NCBI GenBank assembly: GCA_964590545.1
Contig: CAZPXE010000001.1
Span: 1-49,550 of the forward strand
Source: an uncultured Rhodobacterales bacterium
Lineage (GTDB): Bacteria > Pseudomonadota > Alphaproteobacteria > Rhodobacterales > Rhodobacteraceae
Direction: 5' to 3'
DNA: 49,550 nucleotides
Below, piece after piece: positions 9,613 through 19,310 of this stretch. The first letter of the stretch is position 1. Each line of letters starts with the position of its first letter. Below the pieces are notes generated by a model. It saw nothing but the letters and a program-made list of their open reading frames with translations, did no database searches and was not told the origin of the DNA. A program made the position numbers and the translations under genes.

Positions 9613-10431
9613 TTACGCTCCACCCAGAAACTCTTCCTTAAATTTGGTGTTAACGCGTCTGAGCTTTGCAACCTTACCGGGCAAGGTCCAGGGACGGAGC
9701 AGACTGTCTTTGTTCAAGACATACTGACGCAACATAGAGTTTGAATTGCTGTGGGAATTGGGGTTGTTCACCATGTAGACCGCCCCGTGAAACGGAAGTG
9801 GTTTAAGCGGTTTACCCATGTCCTCGAACAACTCGGTGATGCCACCATGAGCGCCGAGCCAGACCATAACGTATTCCCGAAAGCTTTCGTCGTCCTTATC
9901 CGGCAAGGGATAAAGATCGGCCCGCACGATATGGCTGGATCCGCTGGTCTTATGAAAACGATCGATGGACATAGCAAACGCACCATCCGGGTCGATCCCA
10001 TAGCCTTTGTTCAGATACCATCCGTTCGGACCGTTGTTGTCGCGGACATATGCGGTCAGATCACGCGACATGAGATCGTCGTCATCCATGACCATGAAAT
10101 ATCGCGAGTCAGGAAAGGCTTTAATGCCTGACCAAACGCGGCGACCCTTGTCGAACAGGAAAAAGTGCAGCGCTTCTTGGAAGTCGTGGTTTTTGAGTTC
10201 GTGCTGGGGGTTTGGCCCGTAATCGACCCATGCGACCTCGAATCCTTCAGGCAGGTCAGGTAGCGGGGTACCCGGATTGGCCACAATGACCGCGCGCCAG
10301 TTATCGCAGGTTTGCGCCGTATAGGACTTGAAGGTTTTCTTCAGAATTTTGATCTGCATGTCGCGGTCACGCAGGTTGTCCGGGTGGCGGATCGGAATAA
10401 TAAATGTGAGGTCTTTCATAGTCGCCTTCAT
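9613..10431 (-). CDS. Glycosyltransferase family 2 / GT-A fold protein
   Basis: LTFIIPIRH N-terminus; YFMVMDDDD DxD motif. Confidence 0.7.
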   Translation of the reverse strand: MKATMKDLTFIIPIRHPDNLRDRDMQIKILKKTFKSYTAQTCDNWRAVIVANPGTPLPDLPEGFEVAWVDYGPNPQHELKNHDFQEALHFFLFDKGRRVWSGIKAFPDSRYFMVMDDDDLMSRDLTAYVRDNNGPNGWYLNKGYGIDPDGAFAMSIDRFHKTSGSSHIVRADLYPLPDKDDESFREYVMVWLGAHGGITELFEDMGKPLKPLPFHGAVYMVNNPNSHSNSNSMLRQYVLNKDSLLRPWTLPGKVAKLRRVNTKFKEEFLGGA

Positions 10432-10522
10432 ACACTCAAGTCTGCACTACGGTCTTAGTTCATGCGCGCAACGGCCAGTTGGTGACCCTTTGCACAGCTG
10501 CGCGCTAGCCTTTTGATAAGCC

Positions 10523-11326
10523 CTAGTCTTTGACCTTGCGATAAACAAGGATTTGCGTGGATGCTAGGCCCGGCAGGATGTTGAAACGGCTGACCACATC
10601 GTTAAGGCGCAGCAGGATATTGCGTTTCCAGCCCGTCAGACGGCGTTGATGTTCGGTGGCTTCTGCAGCACGGCGCGCTACCCGTTTGAAGCCGAGTGTC
10701 GCCATGCGTTTGTCGAGATCGCGCAAGTTGAAGCGCAGCACCCAAAGGCGTTCGCCGTTCATTGTGTACCAATTGCCTGTCCCTAGGTCGGTCTTTTCAC
10801 GCTCTTTGAGGGGCTTGCCCATCACCGTCCGCACAAAGCGTTCAAGCTTGAAGTCCGCAGAGCCTTCCATCACCAACTGCAACGCAAGGCTGCCGCCGGA
10901 TTCCACTGCGTTTGCGAGGTTCTCCAAGGCCTCATCGACCTGTGGAACGTGAATAATCACCCCCCAACTGAACACAAAGGAGTACTTGGTCTCAGGGTGG
11001 TAATCGACCAGATTGGCTTGGCTGAATGTAATCTTGTCATCGACGCCGGCGGCTTTGGCGCGCTCGTGTGCATGGGACAACATGGTCTCCGACAGATCGA
11101 TCGCATCAACACGACATCCGTAGTTGGCGGCGCGGATCGAATGAACCCCAGGCCCACAGCCACCATCCAGCACAAGATCACCTGGTTTGGCACCCATTGC
11201 GTCCAGCATCCACGGGATAGAACGATCATAGAGCGCGATGGCCAACGGGGGATAATAGTCTTCATCCCAGTCGTTTACAGTGGCTTCCTGCTCAAAAACG
11301 GCGCCTTTCGGCGGAGTCGAATTCAT
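10523..11326 (-). CDS. Class I SAM-dependent methyltransferase
   Basis: VLDGGCGPG motif I, AIDLS, FSWGVIIHV; GGAG SD before ATG 11326. Confidence 0.9.
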   Translation of the reverse strand: MNSTPPKGAVFEQEATVNDWDEDYYPPLAIALYDRSIPWMLDAMGAKPGDLVLDGGCGPGVHSIRAANYGCRVDAIDLSETMLSHAHERAKAAGVDDKITFSQANLVDYHPETKYSFVFSWGVIIHVPQVDEALENLANAVESGGSLALQLVMEGSADFKLERFVRTVMGKPLKEREKTDLGTGNWYTMNGERLWVLRFNLRDLDKRMATLGFKRVARRAAEATEHQRRLTGWKRNILLRLNDVVSRFNILPGLASTQILVYRKVKD

Positions 11327-11470
11327 CAAAAATCTCCAATAAAGATGATGCTGTGCCTCACCAGCCTTAGTGCCTGAACCATCTACTTCGGGACATGAAA
11401 AAGCAAGCAGCGTTACAAAAAACGGTTAGCAAACAAGCCCATTGATCGACCGGTCTGCTGCCCTTGTGTT

Positions 11471-14400
11471 CTACATATCCATGTCATCCATTTGGACGTC
11501 TTCGGCTTCTGCATGATCCACAAATTCATCGGACAAGACAGGCTGGCCTTCCACGAGTGTCGCCCAAAGCTTTGCGGCGTCAAAGGTTGGATCATCCGGC
11601 CCGCCAAGGTCCACCGTCCCGTTATGTTCGACATTGCGGAACCGCCAATTTCCTTCGTCCCCAAGCCCTGTGCTTTCATCAACAAAGACCGGGTGTTTCT
11701 CGACATAGATGTCGCCTGTCATACGGTCCGAGAAATAGATATCCAAGACAAAGTACTGATCGCCGTCGCTGGTTGTGTAATACCCCTGTTCTTCAAGGAT
11801 ATTGAGCACGTCGTCAGGCGTCAGTTTGAACTGGTTCGGTCCATCTACAAAATCCGCTTCGCCAAGGCTGTCGGATTTCGTCCCAGTCAGATAAACAGGC
11901 TTGGGAACACCGTCTTCGTGCATATAGACGAGCTCTTCGCTCAGTTCGACGTCCGGGGTCAGCATCGGCAAATCAGTTGAACTGACAATCGTGTCCAGAT
12001 TGGCATCATAGTCGCGGTATTCCGTATTAACGTCCACAAATGTGGAGTCGATCACCGTATAATTGGTCATCTCCAACGGGAAAGGTTCAAGAAGGGACTT
12101 CTCAAGATCAATGCCGATGTTGAAGCCTTCGATATTGGCGTCTACGATCGTTAGGTCGATCGTGTTGTTGCCGATGTCGATACCAACCCCCGGCCCCCCG
12201 AGCACTTCGCTGTCGTCGCGAGAGATCAGATCAAAGTCCTTCAAGGTGTAGTGGCCCGTATAGGACAGATCGACACCCGTTTTCACATTCCAGGCCGTGA
12301 AATCCTCTAAAACGGTGCTGATCGCGTGATCTTGCGTGAACCATGCCTTGAGAACATAGAGACCCGACTTGGACGCAAATGTTTCGTTGCCGTTAAAGCC
12401 CAAAATAGGATGCGAACCCGGCGTGACAGCGTCATCGTAGTGGAAGGCAACCTCCAGAGGTGTGGTGGATGAATCGAATGTGAGCAATCCCTCATCTTCG
12501 ATATGCCCGCGGTGGAAATAGACGAAACCATTGTGAACGCTGACGGCAATATTGTCGGAGGATTCCACCATACGGCCCTGGAACCAGAAGCCGTCTCCGC
12601 TGCGGCCCATGTCAAAGTTGTCGATGGTCGACGGGCCAGCATTAGTCCCTTTGGGGTCCGCCCAGCTGACACCCTGCGAAAGGATTGCAATATTGTCAGA
12701 CCAAACGCCTGTTTCATTCCCGCTTTCAGCGACAAACCCTGCACCGAACGTGTTGAAGCTGGCGTTATTGTCGAGGATCGCGTGGCTGTCGTGGTGGACG
12801 TAGCCCCAACCAGGCGAGCCAAAGACAGCATTGCCTTCCAAAACCGCTGGATAATCTTCACCTTCGGTGCCCGCACGGTGAACGTGCACGGAATAGCGCC
12901 CCTTGATGTTGCTATCCGACAAGACCTCGTCGAGGTCGCCAACATCCACGGCTTCCTCTGATTTATCGGTCCGGCCGAGTTCATGGAATTCGACGTAGCG
13001 CACTTCGACATCATCATTGTGCATGAACATCACGTGGCCACGTTCTGCGATCTCAGCGAGTTCCGCGTCTTCGGTCTCGAACGACACGTTGCGTGAGTAG
13101 TTGGCCACGGAAGTCTTCAGATCCTCACGCGGTGTGTCGTGATCAAATTCCAGCGGGTCTTCGAAATGAACAGTGTCGCCATCAATGGACTTAATGACGC
13201 GGATCTCGTCCTGGGACGGGATATAGCCCACCTCAGGGTTCCAATCGTAATAACCCTCATATGTGGTGCCCGCGATGACGATCGTGTCGCCTTCAGCCCA
13301 GCCGGTTGGGGCGTCCGCAAAAGTGATGGACGTGTCACCAGCCATCGGGTCTTCAATGACCTTTTCGTGGGAATCTTTCTCCGTGCCGTGGATGCTGACG
13401 TCGCCATGCGCAATCAATCCCCGGCTTAGGAGCATAGGATCCCATTCAACGTCGATCGGACCATTATTTGCGAAAATGATATCGATGTTCACATCAGGAT
13501 CGACCGGGTTTTCCTCTGTGCCCATCAGAAGTGAGCTGGTAGGGGAGGTCACGATCGTATCGACGGTCATGCTGCTGTTTGTGTCTGTTGCAAATTCCAG
13601 CATGCCATCTACGCGCAGCGTGAAGATTTGAGCATCGCTTTCGATGCCATATTCAACATGGATGCCTTCCGGAATCAGGACGCGCGCGTCATCGCCGGGA
13701 ATATTGCCTTGGTACCAGGTATCGGGGTCGTCCCAGTCGCCATCCTTGATCGCGATATGCGTCGCTTCATCGCGGGGCACGAGATTGAGTGCGGCCATGT
13801 GTTCGCTGGCCATACCTGCGTGGTCGCCATGCATGTGCGTGTCAGGAGCGGCCCGTACGGCCTGAACAAAGGCTTCGATGTCTTCCGGTGTAGATCCGTC
13901 CAGAGTGATGGATGCATGGTCATGACCATGGCCATCGTCCATTGTTCCACTCGTATCACTGTCTGTCGCGCCATCCTGATGTTCATGACCAAGCGGCAGC
14001 GTCATTTGAACGGCAGGTTCTGCGAGAACAGCATCGGCGATATGGTCAAAGAAATCAGACGTATAGTGCAAGTTGTCGGACATCACGTCCTCTTCTGCGA
14101 GGTCGTTGTCCGCAATGATCTTATTGGTGTCGACAAAGTAGACGTCGTCCAAGTCTTCCGCGAGTTGAACTTGCGCAGCGATCACTTTCTCACGGCCCGT
14201 GTCGTCAAGGCTTTGGTAGTCTGACAGACCTACGACGCTGATTGGGAAGTCAAAGCCCATATCTGCGCGCATCTGAGTGAACAGAGTAGACGTCGCATCG
14301 TAATAATTCGGAGCATGGCCCCCGCCTGCATCCGCTTCGCCCTGAATCCAGACGGCATTGGCAATATAAGCGTCGGGGTCGTTTTCCAACTCCTGTGCAA

Positions 14401-15106
14401 CGGTTTCCAACAGTGCGGTGTAGGACTCACCAAGAGCATCTTCGCCGTCGTCGGTCACGATGTTCCAAGCGCCATCAACCTGCGAAACGGACTGACCGCC
14501 ACCTGCCACAATGATTTGCTTGGCTTCAATGCCCATTTTGGCAATCGCTTCTTCCAATGCTCTGCTGTTGTGCATGAAGCCGGCGTTGCTTTGACCGAAG
14601 ACCAAGATGATTGGCGTGCCTACGTCTTCCATCGTGTGAACGGGATCAGGATCCTGGTCGTGCATGTCGTGATTGACGTGTTCCTCGTGGGAATGCACCA
14701 CCTCTTCGACCACGGTTTCTTCGTCGGTTATGGGGCTGTGTTGGTGTTCGACCACTTCCTCGGCACCGTGGTCTTCAGACGTGTTGGATTGGTCCATGGA
14801 CCCATGATCCATATCCATGTCAGGATCTTCCTGATCCATGTCCATCATGGAATCCGTTGTGGAATCGCCTTCATGATCGGTGCCGTCATGCCCGTGATCC
14901 AAGTCACTGGTATCATCGGTGTGATCATTCTCGTCTTCGACATCATTATCGGGCGCAACCACGTTTTCTTCCTGGTCGTCCATCTGCGTGTTGACGGAAT
15001 CTTCTTGAATAGCGGAAGTCGGTGAAGAACTTTTGATGTTAGAGCCTAAACCGAACGCTGATGCCAGCGCACCAAGGATCATAGTAAGTAAAGCTGATAG
15101 TGCCAT
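11471..15106 (-). CDS. Large acidic surface/secreted protein: N-terminal hydrophobic anchor, His/Asp/Met-rich linker, sialate O-acetylesterase (SASA/SGNH) domain, G8 domain, parallel beta-helix (CEMIP/TMEM2-like)
   Basis: MALSALLTMILGALASAFGLG; FGQSNAG..WIQGEADA..DNLHY (SASA motifs); GDWDDPDTW..IPGDDARVLIPEG (G8); GRYSVHVH, GFWFQG repeats. Start inferred at ATG 15106; ORF open to 15325. Confidence 0.8.
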   Translation of the reverse strand: MALSALLTMILGALASAFGLGSNIKSSSPTSAIQEDSVNTQMDDQEENVVAPDNDVEDENDHTDDTSDLDHGHDGTDHEGDSTTDSMMDMDQEDPDMDMDHGSMDQSNTSEDHGAEEVVEHQHSPITDEETVVEEVVHSHEEHVNHDMHDQDPDPVHTMEDVGTPIILVFGQSNAGFMHNSRALEEAIAKMGIEAKQIIVAGGGQSVSQVDGAWNIVTDDGEDALGESYTALLETVAQELENDPDAYIANAVWIQGEADAGGGHAPNYYDATSTLFTQMRADMGFDFPISVVGLSDYQSLDDTGREKVIAAQVQLAEDLDDVYFVDTNKIIADNDLAEEDVMSDNLHYTSDFFDHIADAVLAEPAVQMTLPLGHEHQDGATDSDTSGTMDDGHGHDHASITLDGSTPEDIEAFVQAVRAAPDTHMHGDHAGMASEHMAALNLVPRDEATHIAIKDGDWDDPDTWYQGNIPGDDARVLIPEGIHVEYGIESDAQIFTLRVDGMLEFATDTNSSMTVDTIVTSPTSSLLMGTEENPVDPDVNIDIIFANNGPIDVEWDPMLLSRGLIAHGDVSIHGTEKDSHEKVIEDPMAGDTSITFADAPTGWAEGDTIVIAGTTYEGYYDWNPEVGYIPSQDEIRVIKSIDGDTVHFEDPLEFDHDTPREDLKTSVANYSRNVSFETEDAELAEIAERGHVMFMHNDDVEVRYVEFHELGRTDKSEEAVDVGDLDEVLSDSNIKGRYSVHVHRAGTEGEDYPAVLEGNAVFGSPGWGYVHHDSHAILDNNASFNTFGAGFVAESGNETGVWSDNIAILSQGVSWADPKGTNAGPSTIDNFDMGRSGDGFWFQGRMVESSDNIAVSVHNGFVYFHRGHIEDEGLLTFDSSTTPLEVAFHYDDAVTPGSHPILGFNGNETFASKSGLYVLKAWFTQDHAISTVLEDFTAWNVKTGVDLSYTGHYTLKDFDLISRDDSEVLGGPGVGIDIGNNTIDLTIVDANIEGFNIGIDLEKSLLEPFPLEMTNYTVIDSTFVDVNTEYRDYDANLDTIVSSTDLPMLTPDVELSEELVYMHEDGVPKPVYLTGTKSDSLGEADFVDGPNQFKLTPDDVLNILEEQGYYTTSDGDQYFVLDIYFSDRMTGDIYVEKHPVFVDESTGLGDEGNWRFRNVEHNGTVDLGGPDDPTFDAAKLWATLVEGQPVLSDEFVDHAEAEDVQMDDMDM

Positions 15107-15629
15107 TATCCGTTCCACTTCGTCGATAGGTCGACTTGCGCAGGGTCTGGTAAGCGTTTCTTGCGTCCGCTTTCCCGGCTGATTTGCACGGCCCCGTTGC
15201 ATGTCATGCGCCCGCATGTACGGGTGCTCTTCGCCTTCATGATTCATTAACCAAGCAGCAAAAAAATGAGGAAATGGTGATAAAAGTAAGGCAACTGCAC
15301 CCGAACAAACGTTCAATAAAATCACGGAGAAACTGGTCGCGCATCAGGTTTCAGCGCGCAACCCATGCGACGTATTTCGGCTTGAACAACACAATTTCTA
15401 GTAGAATCTTGCCAACCGGTCCGCGGGACATTGCGCATGCAATACCCCGGCCACGCACATGCAGCGGATCGGGCACATTTTTGCGCGGAAAACCGCATAT
15501 ATCGTGCACATTAAAATACTATTTACGAGATAAACCGTCTCAAAAGTAGATTCGCCCCTGACAGGCGTGCCTGCTTTACGTTAGTGAAGCCGTGGAAAGA
15601 GGGCGTGTGCTGGTAAGAGGTAAGACATC

Positions 15630-16406
15630 ATGATGGTCTGGAGCCAGAGTGAGCATGGCAATGTCACACTCACATCAGCAAACCGGGCAGCATTGCTGTC
15701 TGATCTGGGGGCCCGTTTTGATGCCCGTACAGGTTTCTCCGTGGCCACCATCAACCTTGACCACGTGGTGAAGCTACAGCGCGACGCCGACTTTCGACGT
15801 GCCTATTCCCAACACACCCATATTACGGCGGACGGTAATCCAATTGTCTGGTTGTCGCGGTTGGCTGGGCAGGATGTATCCTTGATCCCTGGGTCAGAGC
15901 TGATTGATCCTCTGGCGGCGCTGGCTGCCGCACACAAGGTGCCAATTGCACTGTTTGGGTCTGACGACCTTTCTCTGACGCAAGCCGCCGCTGCACTGAA
16001 ACAAGCGCACCCTGATCTCGAGGTTGCGTTCTGCAGGGCGCCCGCGATGGGCTTTGATCCCGATGGGCCCATTGCAAAGACTGATATGGATGATCTGAGC
16101 GCATCTGGCGCGCGACTGTGTTTCATTGCGCTTGGTGCACCCAAACAAGAGCGTTTCGCCGCGCGCGCCCAGGAGCTGCATCCGCATATTGGATTTGTTT
16201 CGATCGGGGCAGGGCTGAATTTCATTTCCGGATCCGAGACCCGCGCACCCAAATGGGTCCAGGCGATTGCTGCGGAATGGTTGTGGCGCATGGCGTCAAA
16301 CCCCAAACGGCTGGCGGGACGCTATGCAGCTTGCATTCTTGCGCTGCCACGTCTGATGATACGCGCGATTTCCACGCGGCTGCGCAAGAAAGGCCAAATA
16401 TCATGA
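15630..16406 (+). CDS. WecB/TagA/CpsF family glycosyltransferase
   Basis: TINLDH, TADGNPIVWLS, GSEL, ALGAPKQE, IGAGLNF..RAPKW..EWLWR..PKRL..RY. Confidence 0.95.
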   Translation: MMVWSQSEHGNVTLTSANRAALLSDLGARFDARTGFSVATINLDHVVKLQRDADFRRAYSQHTHITADGNPIVWLSRLAGQDVSLIPGSELIDPLAALAAAHKVPIALFGSDDLSLTQAAAALKQAHPDLEVAFCRAPAMGFDPDGPIAKTDMDDLSASGARLCFIALGAPKQERFAARAQELHPHIGFVSIGAGLNFISGSETRAPKWVQAIAAEWLWRMASNPKRLAGRYAACILALPRLMIRAISTRLRKKGQIS

Positions 16407-17914
16407 TGGGCTGGATCGCCCTGTCTGTTTGGCCTGTTATCGGGATCATCCTGTTCAACAAGCTTAAGTTACCGACGGCAATCTGTGCGACGTTCTTGGG
16501 GGGCTACCTTTTATTGCCCGAGAAAGTGGGTCTGAACCTCCCGGTTCTGCCAACTCTCGACAAGCATTCAATCCCTACGTTGACCGCTTTGATCATGACC
16601 GCGGTCGTACTGTCCCGGCCTGGGCATAAGATACAGACCAACCCCGGCTGGCTGCCGCGTAGTGTTGTGGTCGTTTTCTTAATTGCACTGCTTTTCACCG
16701 GTACCTTTGGCATGGTCTTAACCAATCAAGACCCACTTATCTATGGTTGGAGATTCCTGTCGGGTATGAAGATCTATGATGGGTTTGCGTTCTCTCTCAT
16801 CATTGTCATAACCCTCATTCCGATGATCATTGCGCGAAAGGTATTTGCAACACCCGAGGCACAAAGGACACTGTTGCTCGCATTTGCAGTCTCTGCACTG
16901 GCCTATAGTGCCCCGATCCTCTGGGAGATACGTCTGTCGCCCCAGTTGCACCGACAAATTTACGGTTTTTTTCAACACGGGTTTGATCAGCAAATGCGCG
17001 GCGGCGGCTTCCGATCCATGGTTTTCCTGAGCCATGGCCTCACGGTGGCGATCTTCCTGGGTATCGCCATCCTAGCTGCTGGGACACTGGCGAAATTAAG
17101 TGCGCCAGAACAACGGTTCAAATGGTGGCTGTTAACGGGATTCTTATTGGTCGTTTTGATCCTTAATAAATCGTTGGGTGCCCTGGTCATCACGCTTTTG
17201 GTATTGCCCCTGATTTTGCTGCTTCGCCCCCGCACCCAATTGCTGGTTGCGGCCTGCGTCGCCGGTGTCGTTATGACATATCCATTGCTGCGCGCGGCGG
17301 ACCTAATCCCCACCGAACGTGCTGTTGCCATCGCCGAGAGCATCGACCCCGCCCGTGCCAGATCTCTGGATTTCAGATTGAGAAACGAAGATATTCTCTT
17401 GGAAAAAGCAAGTGAGCGGCCCGTCTTCGGTTGGGGTGGATGGAGCAGAAACCGTGTGTTCAATGAAGCCGGTCGTGACCTCTCTGTTACCGATGGCGAA
17501 TGGGTCATTCATCTTGGAATTGGGGGGTGGGTCCGATATATCGGCTTCTTCGGTCTGCTCTGCTGGCCAATAATCGCTTTGTTCATTTCGAAACGGGATC
17601 GTATTGATCCATACTCTGCCGCGCTTGCTCTTATTCTGGCCGCCAAACTTCTCGATTTGATCCCAAATTCGGCCGTCCATCCCTACATTTGGTTAATTGT
17701 GGGATCGCTCATTGGGCAGCTCGAACTTGGATTGGCGAAACGCGAAACGACGCAACAGACAGCACTGGCCGCGCAGACCAGCAAACGAGGATACAAGCGT
17801 ACATTGAGCGATACGCCACAGTCTGAGCTAGACGGAGCCCTCGATCCGCCCAAGCCGGGCGGGATCCAATACACCCGCGCAAAGAACATTCGAAACCGTC
17901 GGACGTCATCATGA
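16403..17914 (+). CDS. O-antigen polymerase/ligase-like membrane protein (Wzy/WaaL-like)
   Basis: About 12 TM helices; RARSLDFRLRNEDILL..RPVFGWGG..TDGEWV periplasmic loop. ATGA overlap with the upstream gene. Confidence 0.75.
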   Translation: MMGWIALSVWPVIGIILFNKLKLPTAICATFLGGYLLLPEKVGLNLPVLPTLDKHSIPTLTALIMTAVVLSRPGHKIQTNPGWLPRSVVVVFLIALLFTGTFGMVLTNQDPLIYGWRFLSGMKIYDGFAFSLIIVITLIPMIIARKVFATPEAQRTLLLAFAVSALAYSAPILWEIRLSPQLHRQIYGFFQHGFDQQMRGGGFRSMVFLSHGLTVAIFLGIAILAAGTLAKLSAPEQRFKWWLLTGFLLVVLILNKSLGALVITLLVLPLILLLRPRTQLLVAACVAGVVMTYPLLRAADLIPTERAVAIAESIDPARARSLDFRLRNEDILLEKASERPVFGWGGWSRNRVFNEAGRDLSVTDGEWVIHLGIGGWVRYIGFFGLLCWPIIALFISKRDRIDPYSAALALILAAKLLDLIPNSAVHPYIWLIVGSLIGQLELGLAKRETTQQTALAAQTSKRGYKRTLSDTPQSELDGALDPPKPGGIQYTRAKNIRNRRTSS

Positions 17915-18909
17915 CCCTTTCTTCTCCGGCTGGCGACTGGATTGCCATTGTCATAGTCAATTATGGCACTGCGGATCTCACCATTACGGCGGTCAGCTCC
18001 ATTCTGGAGCGTACACATAATGGCCGTGAGGTCAGGGTCTTTGTTGTCGATAATGCGTCCCCAAATGCCGATGCAGCGACCCTAAAGGCGGCCTATGACA
18101 AATTGGGGTGGCAAAAACGGGTGACCTTGGTTTTGGAAAGCGAAAACCACGGGTTTGGGCGCGGCAACAATGTTGCCCTGATGGCTCTCCAGAAGTTGGA
18201 CGCACCACCATCCAAGGTCATGCTGCTCAACCCGGACGCGGCGTTACACAATGAAGCTGTCGAGATACTTGCGAAGGCGATTGACGCAGATCCTTCGGCT
18301 ACAATTGCAGGGGCTGCCGTCCTGCGAGAGGATTTGACACCCGCAACTGCGGCTTTTCGCTTTCCAAGTTGGCGCAGCGAGCTTGCACGGATTCTGTCTT
18401 TTGGACCGCTCGATCGGATGTGGTCCAAGCATTTAGTCGCCATGCCCACAGACACCCAAGGCGGGCCTGTCGATTGGGTCAGTGGCGCAGCGGTAATGTT
18501 TGATTTCAAGGCAGTGTCACAGGTCGGTTTCTTTGATCCGGTTTTCTTCCTCTATTACGAGGAGGTCGATCTGATGCGGCGCATGACAGTAGCCGGAGCC
18601 TCCATTCTTTATGTTCCTGAGGCGCAGGTTTTGCATGCTGAGGGGGCCGCTACGGGTCAATTTGCATCGGCCCAGAACCGTCAGCGTGATCCGTGGTACC
18701 TCTATCAGTCTTGGGCACATTACTTCGAGCGCGCCTACGGACGGCCCAAAGCGGCGCTAATCGCTCTGGCTTTGTGGCCAATGGCAGTGCTTCATATTGT
18801 GCATCGTTTGGTCCGCGGTAAGCAGCCCGCATTGCCAAAACAGTTCTTCAAGGATCATTGGACCCATGTTGTCCGCCCGCTCTTGTTTGGGTCGCGTGCG
18901 CCGCACTGA
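17911..18909 (+). CDS. Glycosyltransferase family 2
   Basis: IVIVNY, VVDNAS, NHGFGRGNN, LLNPD, DWVSGA, FFLYYEEVDL. Confidence 0.95.
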   Translation: MTLSSPAGDWIAIVIVNYGTADLTITAVSSILERTHNGREVRVFVVDNASPNADAATLKAAYDKLGWQKRVTLVLESENHGFGRGNNVALMALQKLDAPPSKVMLLNPDAALHNEAVEILAKAIDADPSATIAGAAVLREDLTPATAAFRFPSWRSELARILSFGPLDRMWSKHLVAMPTDTQGGPVDWVSGAAVMFDFKAVSQVGFFDPVFFLYYEEVDLMRRMTVAGASILYVPEAQVLHAEGAATGQFASAQNRQRDPWYLYQSWAHYFERAYGRPKAALIALALWPMAVLHIVHRLVRGKQPALPKQFFKDHWTHVVRPLLFGSRAPH

Positions 18910-19055
18910 AGATCACTTAAAATACTGAAACAATTCACATGAACCACCTGCGCAACACCAGCGCACGGTGGCTTCAAGACTTAGTAATGGGCACATTCAA
19001 GAATGACCTCGATTGATCCTGCCCCACTCAGCGCACAACCAAAACGAGGTTCCCA

Positions 19056-19310
19056 ATGGACGAATTTTCTACGCACAATTCCAGTCTGACCGCACCCGCC
19101 ACGCGTCATTTCTTGATTGTTCCCAATGACAATGCCGACCTCGCCGTGATGCCCCGCGCCATCTATTGTCAGACTGCTGGCGACATCGTCATTCAGGATA
19201 TTCATGGCACGGAGCTGACTTATAGCCTCGCAGCCGGTGACCAGCTGAGCTTTCGTGGTGTTCGCGTCATGAGCACCGGAACGAATGGCATGTTCTATGG
19301 TTGGTCCTAA
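19056..19310 (+). CDS. ghsA: GTA head-spike base protein homolog (RCAP_rcc01079/GhsA family)
   Basis: 84 aa with the family pattern D-x-F..SLTAPA..HF.I.P.D..DL...PRAIY....GDIV..D..G...TY....G..L.FR..RVM.TGT....GW, recognised from memory. SD GAGGT 5 nt upstream. Confidence 0.85.
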   Translation: MDEFSTHNSSLTAPATRHFLIVPNDNADLAVMPRAIYCQTAGDIVIQDIHGTELTYSLAAGDQLSFRGVRVMSTGTNGMFYGWS

